A stretch of 64,000 nt of DNA from Squalus acanthias (Eukaryota). The position numbers were made by a program, and so were the translations under genes. The notes below the pieces were generated by a model. That model was not told where the DNA came from. It saw only the letters and a program-made list of their open reading frames with translations, and did no database searches. Location: assembly GCA_030390025.1 (NCBI GenBank), contig CM059438.1, positions 67,210,001 through 67,274,000 on the forward strand. The letters run 5' to 3'. Shown piece by piece: positions 24,411 to 35,649 of the stretch (the first letter of the stretch is position 1; each line of letters starts with the position of its first letter).

Positions 24411-24920
24411 AAAAACAACAACTTGTATTTATATAGCACCTTCAATGTAGTAAAACGTCCCAAGGCGCTTCACAGGAGTATTACAAGGCAAAAATTTGAC
24501 ACCGATCCACATAAGGATTAATTAGGGCAGTTGACCAAAAGCTTGGTCAAAGAGGTAGGTTTTAAGGAGCGTCTTGAAGGAGGAAAGAGAGGTAGAGAGG
24601 CGGAGAGGTTTAGGCAGGGAATTCCAGAGCTTAGGGCCTAGGCAACAGAAGGCACGGCCACCAATGGTTGAGTGATTATAATCAGGGATCCTCAAGAGGG
24701 CAGAATTAGAGGAGCGCAGATATCTCGGGGGGGTTGTGGGGCTGAAGGAGATTACAGAGATAGGAAGGGGCGAGGCCATGGAGGGATTTGAAAAGAAGGA
24801 TGAGAATTTTGAAATTGAGGCGTTGCTTAACCGGGAGCCAATGTAGGTCAGCGAGCACAGGGGTGATGGGTGAACGGGTCTTGGTGCGAGTTAGGTCACG
24901 GGCAGCCGAGTTTTGGATGT
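24411..24920 (-). mobile_element. L2 LINE 3' part, nested in an M4-like element (about 24355-25416)
   Basis: QNSAARDLTRTKTRSPITPVLADLHWLPVKQRLNFKIL..GGRAF..PKLWNSLP..FKTLLKTYLF. Confidence 0.9.
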
Positions 24921-25419
24921 AGAGTATCATGTAGAGAAAGTGAAATAAAGAGAGGAAAAGAAAAATGGGATTAAGAGAGAGAGATAAAGTAGACTGAAAG
25001 AAAAAGTAAAAAAAGATTATTTAAATTTTTACATTTTTTTAAATTTCCAACAATAATTTAAACCTGAAGGAATGAGACTCCACACTTGTTAAAGTTAATT
25101 TTCAGTGCCGGAGAGGTTGACTTGCAGTAATTAAGACTTAGCACACCATTAGAAATTCACTTACACTTGATTAGACAAGCCCTACCTTTTTCTGGCGTGT
25201 TTACTGGGTATCTATCACGTAACTTCACACCATTCCATGCATTTCATTGATACTGTTATAGCGAAGCCTTTGGAGGAGCAGGGCAACTTGGACAGCAACT
25301 TCCTGATTTCCGCTTAACTACACATGTGCGGTTGCCGGAAGTTGCTGTCTGATTTACTCTTAAATAACGGCAAACGCCAATAGCCTCACCATTATTTTTA
25401 CCAGCTAATCCAGGCCAAT

Positions 25420-25675
25420 CTCTTTTAATGATGTTGGTTGAGGGATAATTATTGGCCAGGACACTGGGGATAACTCCCCTGCTCTTCTTCAAAAAGTGCC
25501 ATGGGATCTTTTATGTCCACTTGAGAGGGCAGACGGGGCCTCAGTTTAATGTCTCATCTGAAAAGCGACACCTCCGATAGTGTCAGCCAAGATTTAGTCG
25601 TCAAATCTCTGGATTGGAACTTGAACCCAGTAACCTTCTGACGCTGCAGCAAGAATGCTACCAACTGAGCCATGG
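25420..25675 (-). mobile_element. DeuSINE, 5'/central part
   Basis: Reverse complement of the tRNA head (tggctcagttggtagca..gggttcaagt) and core aaagatcccatggcact. Confidence 0.75.
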
Positions 25676-26469
25676 TGGATACCATGGTCTATCTTTCCAT
25701 GTAACTTCCAGAGCTGCTGCCTAGAGTCAGAGCATGCCTGCATGCAGCTAGGTGGCAATATTTCACTTGCTGAAGAGTTGGAATATAGTAACTATGAGGC
25801 AGATGTGCAGAGAGAAACAATGGCAATGCCGGTGACACTTTACTCTTGTGTTTAAATCCACAGAGGAGGAGAATCTGTGATTTCCCATGAAATACCATTA
25901 TTTCCAAAAGTGAGGCTGACTGGATATCTCCCCAAGTGCTGAGGTTGGGGAATATGTTTCAGTCAATGTGGAATTGAAAGTCACAATTTTTGAGAGGCGT
26001 GAAATATTGGGGGGGGGGGGGGAGGGGGGGGTGGTGTTCACAGTGTTTATCAGTTTTCTAACAATTAATTAGTGTCAGTTTCTTTTTGCAGTAGCTAAAA
26101 GAGGAAATCGGTGTAAACTGCCAGGTGTTATCACAAAGCTGCCATGATGCAGCAACTATTGAAATGTGAAGAATATAATGGTGAGGGGAGCCACCAAAAG
26201 CACAAGCACTCCCAGGTTAGTTATACATGGGCCGTATAAAAAGCAGAGCTCTTCCACATTTCTATAACCGTTCCTTTGAACTCGAAGCTCAGGAGAGGGG
26301 CTCTGCTTGTTGCTCCGAAGGCACAATATTGGAGCATTATAGTGAGTTGTATTTGGTTTATTACTTGTTGGTGAACATTTCCATTCATGTTTGAGTCATC
26401 TGTGAGAAGGAAAGGAAGCTGGTTGGGTATGGCCCTCTTTACAGAAGACTCGATTCTTTAAAAAAAAAA

Positions 26470-26850
26470 TCATTCTCGGGATATAGGCCGCATTTATTGC
26501 CTGTCCCTAGTTGCCCTTGTGAAGGTGGTGGTGACCCTTCTTCTTGAACTGCTGCAGTCCGTGTGGTGAAAGTGCTCCCACAGTGTTGATCGGTAGGGAG
26601 TTCCAGGATTTTGACCCAGTGACGATGAAGGAACAGCGATTCCTGTCCTAGTCGGTGTGCAACTTGGAGGGGATCTTGGAGGTGATGGTGTTCTCATGCA
26701 CCTGCTGTCCTTATCCTTCTCCGTGATGGAGGCCAAAGGTTTGGACAGCTTCATTAACTAAGGAGTTGCCAATGGAGCTGAACACTGTGCAATCATCAAT
26801 GAGTCGCTCCACTTCAGACCTTATGATGGAGGGACAGTCATTGATAAAGC
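26470..26850 (-). mobile_element. LINE 3' fragment, CR1-group family distinct from the main CR1 and L2
   Basis: Same family as 30643-30870 and 61730-62250. Confidence 0.75.
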
Positions 26851-28385
26851 AATATACAACTGGCATTGATAGTGACTACAATTGTCTGTGGATCCTGCCT
26901 TATCTATGGAATTAGCAGGGATTACAGGGAAATGACTTGGGTGCAGTTGAGGAAAACAGAGACAGGAAAACTAAAGCTGAAATGAGCTCCTTACTGACTA
27001 CTCTTTTGTCTGAGATGTTTCTAATGAGCAGTTCTTAGTGCGTGGGCATCAATCACCACTAAAGAGGCCGTCTGACATTAATCCTGGGAAAGGGAAAGAA
27101 AGCCCTTCTACCGGAGGGGGATATGGGCAAGCACAAATGACGTCGCTGCTTTCTTCCACCTCCCCACTCGCACCATCAAATGACACCTTGAGCAGTCATA
27201 AGCTCATGTTTGAGGAAACACTAATTGACCAATTACGGAAGGGACATGATGAAACAGCAGCCAGAAGTTCTATACTCCCTGCACCGTTCTGCCATGTTGT
27301 AAAATCCTAGCTACAGATGGGAGTTCTCAGCAGCACCCGTTGACAATTCCCATCTCGTAGCCAACGTGCATGCGTGAGAGCTCAGACTGTCAAATCATGG
27401 AGAGGCGCCGCGGACTCGCGTCCATTGGGAACTAGATGGAGATTGTCAGAACTCATTTCGCCAGTGACACGCAACAGCCATCACTGGTAGCAGCCTCAAT
27501 TACTTACCCTGAGTCTGCACGTCACTGCGAGTTTTGGAAATAACATTGTTTCAGGCAAGTGCCTGGCCCACTGTGCCATTAAGTTAATGGACATCCATTA
27601 AAAATTAACTGTGACATATGAAAGAGAGTTATTTGCACAAGAACAAAAAGATTGATCTGACACTTGGGAGTTTTATCTGAACAAAATCTCAAGATGTAAT
27701 CTTCTAAAATTCAAAGTCATACCTACAAACCATTAATGCCCTACACTTTAATGCTTAACTGAAAAAGGTTCAATGATGCAAAATCTAGTTTGCAATTCAC
27801 ATTGCAACTCTTGTTTAAATGGGGATGTAGTGAGTTAATCGTACCATTATTTTATGCAAAGAAATGGCTTGTGCTTCTAACTGCGAGGCCGTAATCATTA
27901 CGAATGTGGAGAGCATGATTTTCACAGATGATGTTGGACAGCTCAAATGTATGCTTCGTACCCAATCTTATGACAGTGCTTTTGAGGATGATTGTGCAGT
28001 CTGAAGTGCTTCAGTAGCTCCGAGACACAGACCACATTCTCTCAAAGTGGTTTCTCTTCCTGTCTCTGGGGGCTCTGTTTCCTGAGCCAATAGGGCATGA
28101 GCCCAATTCCACTGGAACTAATATCACTGCAAGTGCCCTCGCCCCCCAGGAGAAGGACACCACTAAAATGAAGGAAGTCACCCAGTCAACTGAGAACCCG
28201 AGCAAATGCTAAATAGTAATTCCATTCTCATCGTTGCTGAGACAGACAATGTCGTGCAGGGCCCACCGGGCATGGAAAGCTTCGAATTCCAACATGACCG
28301 TGACACCTTGTGCAGAACAGCAGAACCAGAGGGCACGGCCTGCGCTTGAAGGGCGGTAAATTCAAAATTAATCTGCAGAAACATT

Positions 28386-28552
28386 GGCGGCAATTTTAAC
28401 CGAAACGGACAAAATCAGGTGCAACGCTGGTTTTACACCCAGCCTGATTTTACTCTCTGTTGAAATCAATGGAGAGTAATACTGGGTGGGGGTGTAAGAC
28501 CGGCGTTCCACCTGATCCCATGGGTTTCCTGCCCGGTGGGTTAGGTTACCCC
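28386..28552. mobile_element. Small palindromic MITE
   Basis: Imperfect hairpin centred on tactctctgttgaaatcaatggagagta, with arms atcaggtg..tacaccc / gggtgta..cacctgat. Confidence 0.6.
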
Positions 28553-28571
28553 AGTTATTTCAATGAGTAAG

Positions 28572-29026
28572 CCTTCTTCTTCTTAGGCAGTCCCTGGGAA
28601 CCAAGGATGACTTGCTTCCACACTAAAAATGAGTTCTCAGGTGACTGATGAGTCCAATGCGGGACCTACAGTCTCTGTCACAGGTGGGGCAGACGGTGGT
28701 TGAAGGGGCGGGTGGGTGGGGTGCTTGGGTTGACGTGCACTCCTTCCGCTGTTTGCGCTTGGCTTCCGCTTGCTCCCGGCGAAGAGACTCGAGGTGTTCG
28801 GCGCCTTCCCCGGATGCTTCTCCTCCACTTTGTGCGGTCTTGGGCCAGGGATTCCCAGGTGTCGGTGGGGGTGTTGCACTTTTTCAAGGAGGCTTTGAGG
28901 GTGTCCTTGAAGCGTTTCCTCTGCCCACCTGGGGCTCTCTTGCTGTGTCGGAGCTCCGAGTAGAGCGCTTGTTTTGGGAGTCTCGTATCGGGCATGCGGA
29001 CGATGTGGCCCGTCCATCGGAGCTCA
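28572..29026 (-). mobile_element. RTE-clade LINE, 5'-truncated
   Basis: MPDTRLPKQALYSEL..RAPGGQRKRFKDTLKASLK..WESLAQDRTKWR; (gaa)n tail; 12-bp TSD tcaatgagtaag (28560-28571, 29027-29038). Confidence 0.92.
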
Positions 29027-29035
29027 TCAATGAGT

Positions 29036-29405
29036 AAGTAGTAAATCTATGGAACAGGGTCCCTAGGGAGACGGTGGAAGCCGACAGCGTTGATTCATTC
29101 ACATGGAAATGAGATAGATTTCTTTCAGAAAATAATATTTTGGGATACAGTTTATGAGTAATTTGAGACATGACAAGTGGTGAGTGTAGCATACTTGGGA
29201 GGAACAGGTGACTTTGGACCTATGGTTTCCAAAGCTCTCCACCACTGGGGATTTTCCTCGTCTCATGTCAGGGTCTGTTGTACACTGACTGATAGAGATT
29301 GATTGCCATGATTAGTCAACAACTCCATTATTGTTGCATCATGCACAGGATGATGTCAGGTGAACCAGACAGACCTTGGCCTATTTTTATTTAGCAATTC
29401 CTATG
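29036..29405 (+). mobile_element. CR1-type 3' fragment with a long 3' UTR
   Basis: VVNLWNRVPRETVEADSVDSF; the 3' end agaccttggcctattttt..agcaattccta matches 32168-32200(-). Confidence 0.65.
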
Positions 29406-29467
29406 TTGCTATCACCTAGGCGTAAACTAGGGCTGACTCTGAGTCAATGACGCTGCCATTAGACAAT

Positions 29468-30218
29468 GGCCCAAAAATTCGGCCCTTCCCAGGTGAGTAC
29501 GGACTGTGTACTCACCCATATTGCTTCCCGAAGTGCCGGTTTCCTGCATGCACTGCGCATGCGCGGGAAACCGGAACTTCCGGTATGGTGAAGGGGGCGG
29601 TTCCTAGGTGAACCGCGTGCGCGCTAGAGGCTGCGCGCATGCAGCACACTTAGATTTTTTTTCAGGTTTCTACGCGAGGGTAAGTATTGAAGAAACTACG
29701 CTAATGAAAAGGAAGCGCAAGACCCATTTTGAACAAGGTAAGTAGTTAATTAAGTATAATTTTAAATTTTTGTCAACAGGTTTATCTTTTTTAGATACTT
29801 TAAAGAAAGGTAAGTTTATTTTTATAACTTTTAAAAAGTATTTTAATTTTTTCAAAAATTTTAATTTTTGTTTAAAGTGGTTAATTTATTTAACTATAGT
29901 TATTTTATAAATGTGATGGTTTTTTAAAAAAAAATTATTTTAAGTTTAGCTGTTCTTTTGGGGCCGATTTCAATTCACAGATTTGACAGGTCTCCTGTCA
30001 AATCTATGAATGAAAGATGGTCTGCTGCCATTGGCTCTCCATGGCCCACGCATCGCACTAACTGCGCCCCTGGAACATGCAAGCACTGCGCGCCGGCTCT
30101 TGGGAGAGGCCCAGGACCCGAAGTTCCCGTGGGCCCAAAACACAACAGCAGGCGCGGTGGGTAAGAGCGCGCGCAATCCTTACCCCCGCGGCAAGCCGGA
30201 CACGCGAATTTCTGGGCC
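29468..30218. mobile_element. Family M2 element, second copy
   Basis: TIR ggcccaaaaattc/gaatttctgggcc; TSD AAT; internal homology to 13861-14599. Confidence 0.88.
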
Positions 30219-30642
30219 AATAACTTTTTTTCTGCACAGGAAAGTGATGACCTCTCAATCCATACCTAGAAGGCAGAATTTGTTAAGACCCTCTCTCAGC
30301 ATCAGGGAAGGTCTGCCTGCCAGAATACTGAAGAACTGCATTCACCTTTGCTTCAGCCTTGCTGCTGGGGCTCTGTCCTTCCCTGTAATAGAAACGAGAC
30401 AGGTTCCACAGCACCACAAGCCAAAACTTTACAAACTGCTTCAAGTTCAATGGTGTGAATGAGGAGTTAAATCGCAATATCCGTAGATCACAAAGAAGCC
30501 ATTTCACAGAAAATACCCTTCAAAGAAAGATACGGAAAAATATTAGGATTAACAGCTCTGTTTTTTCCCATGTCTATTGATTTTTTTTGAAGTAACTCTA
30601 TTCGGGGAAAAGAGATGAGAATGGTTCCTGAGCCTAACAGAG

Positions 30643-30870
30643 GCAAGTTCCCCTCCAAGTCACACACCATCCTGACTTAGAAGTATATCGCCGATCCTTC
30701 ATCGTCGCTGGGTCAAAGTCCTGGAACTCCCTCCCTAACAGCACTGTGGGAGTACCTTCACCACACGGACTGCAGCGGTTCAAGAAAGTGGCTCACCACC
30801 ACCTTCTCAAGGGCAACTAGGGATGGGCAATAGTTGCTGGCCTTGCCAGCGACGCCCAGATCCCATAAGC
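30643..30870 (+). mobile_element. LINE 3' end (same family as 61730-62250)
   Basis: Encodes SFIVAGSKSWNSLPNSTVGVPSPHGLQRFKKVAHHHLLKGN*; A-rich tail. Confidence 0.8.
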
Positions 30871-31467
30871 AAATTAAAAAAAAATTAACATCGGCAGAAA
30901 TGATTTCAATAAAGATGGTAAAATTAATCAAAAATTTTTTTGTAACTGACTTACCAAGGATACTGGTCACGCTGCACGCTCTTGAAGTTCGAGGCATTCG
31001 ACTATCTTGTAGTTTGTTTTAAACGTGTCGTGCATTCCGCAACTGAGTTGCTTTGTGTGCACTTGGAAAAAAAGTGTTTTATTGCTTCACCTCAATCATC
31101 GCTCTTCGTCATGTACTGCAGTGGTAAATGTTACAGGAAATGGATCTGTAGCAATAAATAAATAAAACGTGACTAATTCCAATTGGTGCTGGTGATCGGG
31201 GTGACAATTCACATGCAATATTGATTCTTCACAAACAAACCTGCAATCCTGTCACTGTGTGTCCAGCCCCCCTCGTGTATAAAGCTCAGGATGTTGGAGC
31301 AGGATCAGCGATTAACTAGATTTTCCTCAGTTTTTGCTTGAACTGCAGTCCCTTCAGATCCTTGATCAGGCGCCTTTGAAGAAAATATAGAGAGAGAACC
31401 TCCCCACCCAACGGCTTAGTGGGTAACTGCACCACTATGTGTGGTACAGAAGGCCTGAGCTTTGATA

Positions 31468-31970
31468 GTCATAGAGTCATAGAGTTATACAGCACAGAAA
31501 GAGGCCCTTCGGCCCATCGTGTCCGCGCCGGCCATCAAGCCCTGTCTATTCTAATCCCATTTTCCAGCACTTGGTCCATTGCCTTGTATGCTATGGCGTT
31601 TCAAGTGCTCATCTAAATGCTTCTTGAATGTTGTGAGGGTTCCTGCCTCTACCACCCTTTCAGGCAGTGAGTTCCAGATTCCAACCACCCTCTGGGTGAA
31701 AAAGTTTTTCCTCAAATCCCCTCTAAACCTCCTGCCCCTTACCTTGAAACTATGCCCCCTGGTTATTGACCCCTCTACTAAGGGGAAAAGTTCCTTTCTA
31801 TCTACCCTATCTATGCCCCTCATAATTTTGTACACCTCAATCAGGTCCCCCCTCAGCCTTCTCTGCTCTAAGGAAAACAACCCCAGCCTGTCCAGTCTCT
31901 CCTCATAGCTGAAGCGCTGCAGACCAGGTAACATCCTGGTGAATCTCCTCTGCACCCTCTCCAATGCAAT
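31468..31970 (-). mobile_element. CR1 LINE, young 5'-truncated copy inserted in an old SINE
   Basis: Open ORF2 C-terminus ALERVQRRFTRMLPG..NFFTQRVVGIWNSLPERVV; (ctctatga)n tail. Confidence 0.93.
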
Positions 31971-32167
31971 GATACCTGGTCTATGGCAAATCAACTGATC
32001 TGAGTGGAGGCAGCAGCAGAGGTATGGCCATTCACATCAGTACCTCTTGAGGTAGGAAGTAGAGAAAAGAAAAATTAGTCAAGTTTCCACTCCTGATGCC
32101 GATTTGATGACCTCTGCAGTGAAGTGCACATGTACGTACCGATGATCATAGGATTAGGCTCAGCAAC

Positions 32168-32735
32168 TTAGGAATTGCTGGACAAAAATAGACCAAGGTC
32201 CATCTAATTCGCCTTCTACTATCCTGGAGGTCTCATGACACAATGATAATGGAGTTCTTGACCAGTGTCCCCCTAATCTTTTTTTGTGGGGTGGGTGCAT
32301 GACACCTTTAACGGGCGGCGTGGCCCGTTCAAAGTTTCACGCATGCGCGCTATTTAAAATTGGAAAAGTCGGTTCCAGGCTGCGCAGGATCGGCAGACAG
32401 CTGTGCAGTCACGCAGCTTAGCAGGAACGTTGTACTTGACCTATTGTTCTGGAAAAGGTGGAACAGCTTGTCAGGGTTTACATTATCGAGTCCCTTTAGT
32501 ATCCTAAAAGCAGCAACCATATCGCCTCTCAACCTTCTCTTTTCCAGTGAGGACATACCTAATTTACACAATCGCTCCTCACAGACCAATCCCTCCATCC
32601 CCTCAATCATTCTGGTTGCTCTCTTCTATATCCTTTCAATAGCTGCAATATCCTTTTTGTACTGCGGCAGCCAGAACTGTAGACAGTATTCTAAGTGCGG
32701 TCCCACCAATGATTTATAAAGTGGCAGGATTACCT
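32168..32735 (-). mobile_element. CR1 LINE fragment
   Basis: EERLCKLGMSSLEKRRLRGDMVAAFRILKGLD. Confidence 0.8.
32263..32432. mobile_element. hAT-type MITE (170 bp)
   Basis: Imperfect TIR cagtgtccccctaa / ttagcaggaacgttg; 8-bp flanks ttcttgac / tacttgac. Confidence 0.65.
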
Positions 32736-33084
32736 CAGTATTTTGGCTCAATATGGTTGATGGTTAAATAGCCTCCGAACACTTGTTGTATAGACTCAAA
32801 GATGATCAATGAACGTTGGAGCTGGAGGGCTGCTGGTGCTTGTGGATTCTTCCTCACGCAGAGGTTAGCGCCTGCAGGAAAGGAGGGGCAAAAGCAAGCC
32901 AAAACTGGCAAAAAAGTTGCAAGCAGCAGCACCAACCAGGAAGATCCTGGTTCAAAAAAATATTGCTGGTCTTAATATGGTGCTTTATCACTTGGAAATG
33001 TCTTAAAACACTTTACTTAATGAACAACATGCACACTCCCTTTCCAATAGCTTTAGTAGATTAATGCATGTGCGGTTAAAAAAG

Positions 33085-33500
33085 CAGGACTTGTATTTAT
33101 ATAGCACCTTTCAGGACCTCAAGAAGTATCAAAGCACTTTACAACCAACTTTTGAAGTGTAGTCACTGTTGTAATGTAGAAAACATGGCAGCCAAATGTG
33201 TGCACAGCAAGGTCCCATAAATGGCAATATGTTAATGACCTGATTATCTGTTGCGGGTAAATATTGGCCAGGACACTGGCGAGAACTTCCCTGCTCTTCT
33301 TTGAAAAGTGCCATGGGATCTTTCCCATCCAACTGAAAGGGCAAGCAGGTCCTCGGTTTAACATCTCATCCAAAAGGCGGCCCCTCCAACATTGCAGCAC
33401 TTCCTCAGTACTGCACTGGAGTGTCGGTAGGAGTGGGATCTGAACCCAAAATCTTCTAACTCAGAGGCAAGAGTGCTACCAACTGAGCAATGGCTGACAC
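33085..33500 (-). mobile_element. DeuSINE, near full length
   Basis: Reverse complement aligns head to tail with 62530-63010. Confidence 0.85.
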
Positions 33501-34804
33501 TGTTCAGTACCTCGCGCAGTGGTGGTGAGTGTTGAAGGGGCTCTGTTTGTACTTTGTCCATGGCAGCTTGATGAAGGACCTGAACTGACTCTCTAATTCT
33601 TGCAAACACTGAGGGAAATCTTGCTGTGACCACCGTTATGTTGACAAGTGTAATATCCATCCTGCACTGGCAATACCCCAGAAGCAGCAGTTTGATGAAG
33701 GATGAGCTAATCTATATGTTTTTGTTGGTATTGGTTGAATGAGAAATTTTGGCCTAGGGGAGAGAAATACTTCCTTCCTCTTCATATGTTGGTTTGGTGA
33801 TGTGGCGGAAGAGAGAGGAACTTATTTTGCTCGTGAATAGCACATTTATAAACATGTTGCTTTATACGCATGTATAAGATGAGTGACATGAATCTTGTCA
33901 TTCATGTGGAAATGACTTATGAAATAATACTGGGCGGCCTGCTGGTGGCGCTGTCCAGGGAGAGTATAAATACTCGGGCATGGGCCCAGCTTGCTCAGGA
34001 CATTCTTTAACAGGAATAGTGTGATAGACAGAGAATTTGAAACATCTCTGGAATTTGATGCAGCACATTACCTGGCTGTACGAAATTGCTCAGATTGTAA
34101 ACGACTGTGTTACTGTTCATAAATACCAACAGGGTTTACTTTCAACTCTCACCGTTTCTCCGAACTCATCAGCAAGAAGAAACATCCGTTTCGGTTTATC
34201 CCCAGCTTTCACTGTGTTCTGTGGGCTGAGCGAGAGTTATAATTCAGCTCTTTTCTCACTGAAACACAAACACTGGTCAGGAAAAGGCTTAACGACCCCT
34301 CTGACCAACAAACTTAACAGTCCTGTCTTGTGCAGAGACTTCAATTCGAATGTAACATCGGCTTGAAAAATGCATGGGAATGCAGTGAAAATCTTGTTGG
34401 ATGCAATTGGTCAGGGTGGGCAAGGAGATCTTTCTAAGTAAGCCTGAATTAACAGGGATGCTGGACTGTTACTGTCAAAATAAAGAACAAAACTCAGGCT
34501 TGGCGAACACTTTGAGAATTTCAGAATATTGCTGGGAATTCTCTTCTGTCGGGGCCCTATAGCTGCAGGCTTTGACTTTGGCTTATTTTTTAGTCAGCAT
34601 TAAATGTGAGGCATGTAGTCCATATGATTCATTCAACACATCGCACAGCACACCGAAACATCCGCCGCCCCCTGGACACTGGAAGAAATGGTTTTTACAT
34701 TTGAAGTATTAAAGAAAAGTGGAGGAATATGATTTTACTCATGGGACAGATTTGGATGAAGAAGGGCTTTTGGCCTTATCCTTCGAGAACACCAACCTCC
34801 CCAT

Positions 34805-34982
34805 GGGGGAAATTTTGACTTTAGATGATAGTGTAAAATGCCCAATATCGGCTAGGCCATCCATTAAACACCTCTCCCAATGCTCGTTTCCATTCTCCAT
34901 GAAAATCAGGAGAGGTGTTTAACAGGTGGCCGAGCCGATTTTCCACGTGTTACACTATTGTCTAAAGCCAGAATTAACCCCC
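34805..34982. mobile_element. Small palindromic MITE
   Basis: gggggaaattttgactttagatgatagtgtaa / ttacactattgtctaaagccagaattaaccccc; inner aaacacctctcc/ggagaggtgttt. Confidence 0.7.
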
Positions 34983-34999
34983 AACTTCCTATTTTAGCA

Positions 35000-35205
35000 A
35001 TAAAAACAGAAAACGCTGGAAATACTCAGCAGGTCAGGCAGCATCTGTGGAGAGAGAAACAGAGTTAACGTTTCAGAACTGACGAAGGGTCATCGACCTG
35101 AAACGTTAACTCTGTTTCTCTCTCCACAGATGCTGCCTGATCTGCTGAGTATTTCCAGCGTTTCCTGTTTTTATTTCAGATTTCCAGCATCCGCAGTATT
35201 TTACT
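35000..35205. mobile_element. 206-bp fold-back Penelope family B insertion with a hammerhead core at the hairpin apex
   Basis: About 78-bp inverted arms; 30-bp one-sided extension; 14-bp TSD ttcctattttagca (34986-34999, 35206-35219); CTGACGA..GAAAcgTTaact at 35079-35111. Confidence 0.85.
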
Positions 35206-35649
35206 TTCCTATTTTAGCATTTAGCTGATTTTTAAATGCATCCAGACTCCTGACCTCATCCACCGTTCCTGACCATCTGTTCCATCTCTTGATCGCCTTC
35301 TGTGTAAAGCAATGCTTCCTGGTGTCTATCCTACAATTACCTTTCACATCCTTCAGTCTGTCCCCTCAGAAATCTGGGAATTGAGCGCCTGCTTAGATCG
35401 ATTGTCCACCTAAGTGCCTTTAATTTAAACAAAAATGGATTAATTTTATAGTGGTGACATTGATTATGGAGAAGCGGGTTGAAGCTTTCTTGAACCATAT
35501 TTAAGTTGCGCTGATAGGTCAGCTTCCTCTTTCAGTCTATCTTCCACAACTAAAGTTTTGCAATGCCTATTGGAATGATTCATATTTTATCAGGATTTGC
35601 CAAATAAACTACTTGTGCCAGCTTCTTCACAAACAACCTATCGAACATC

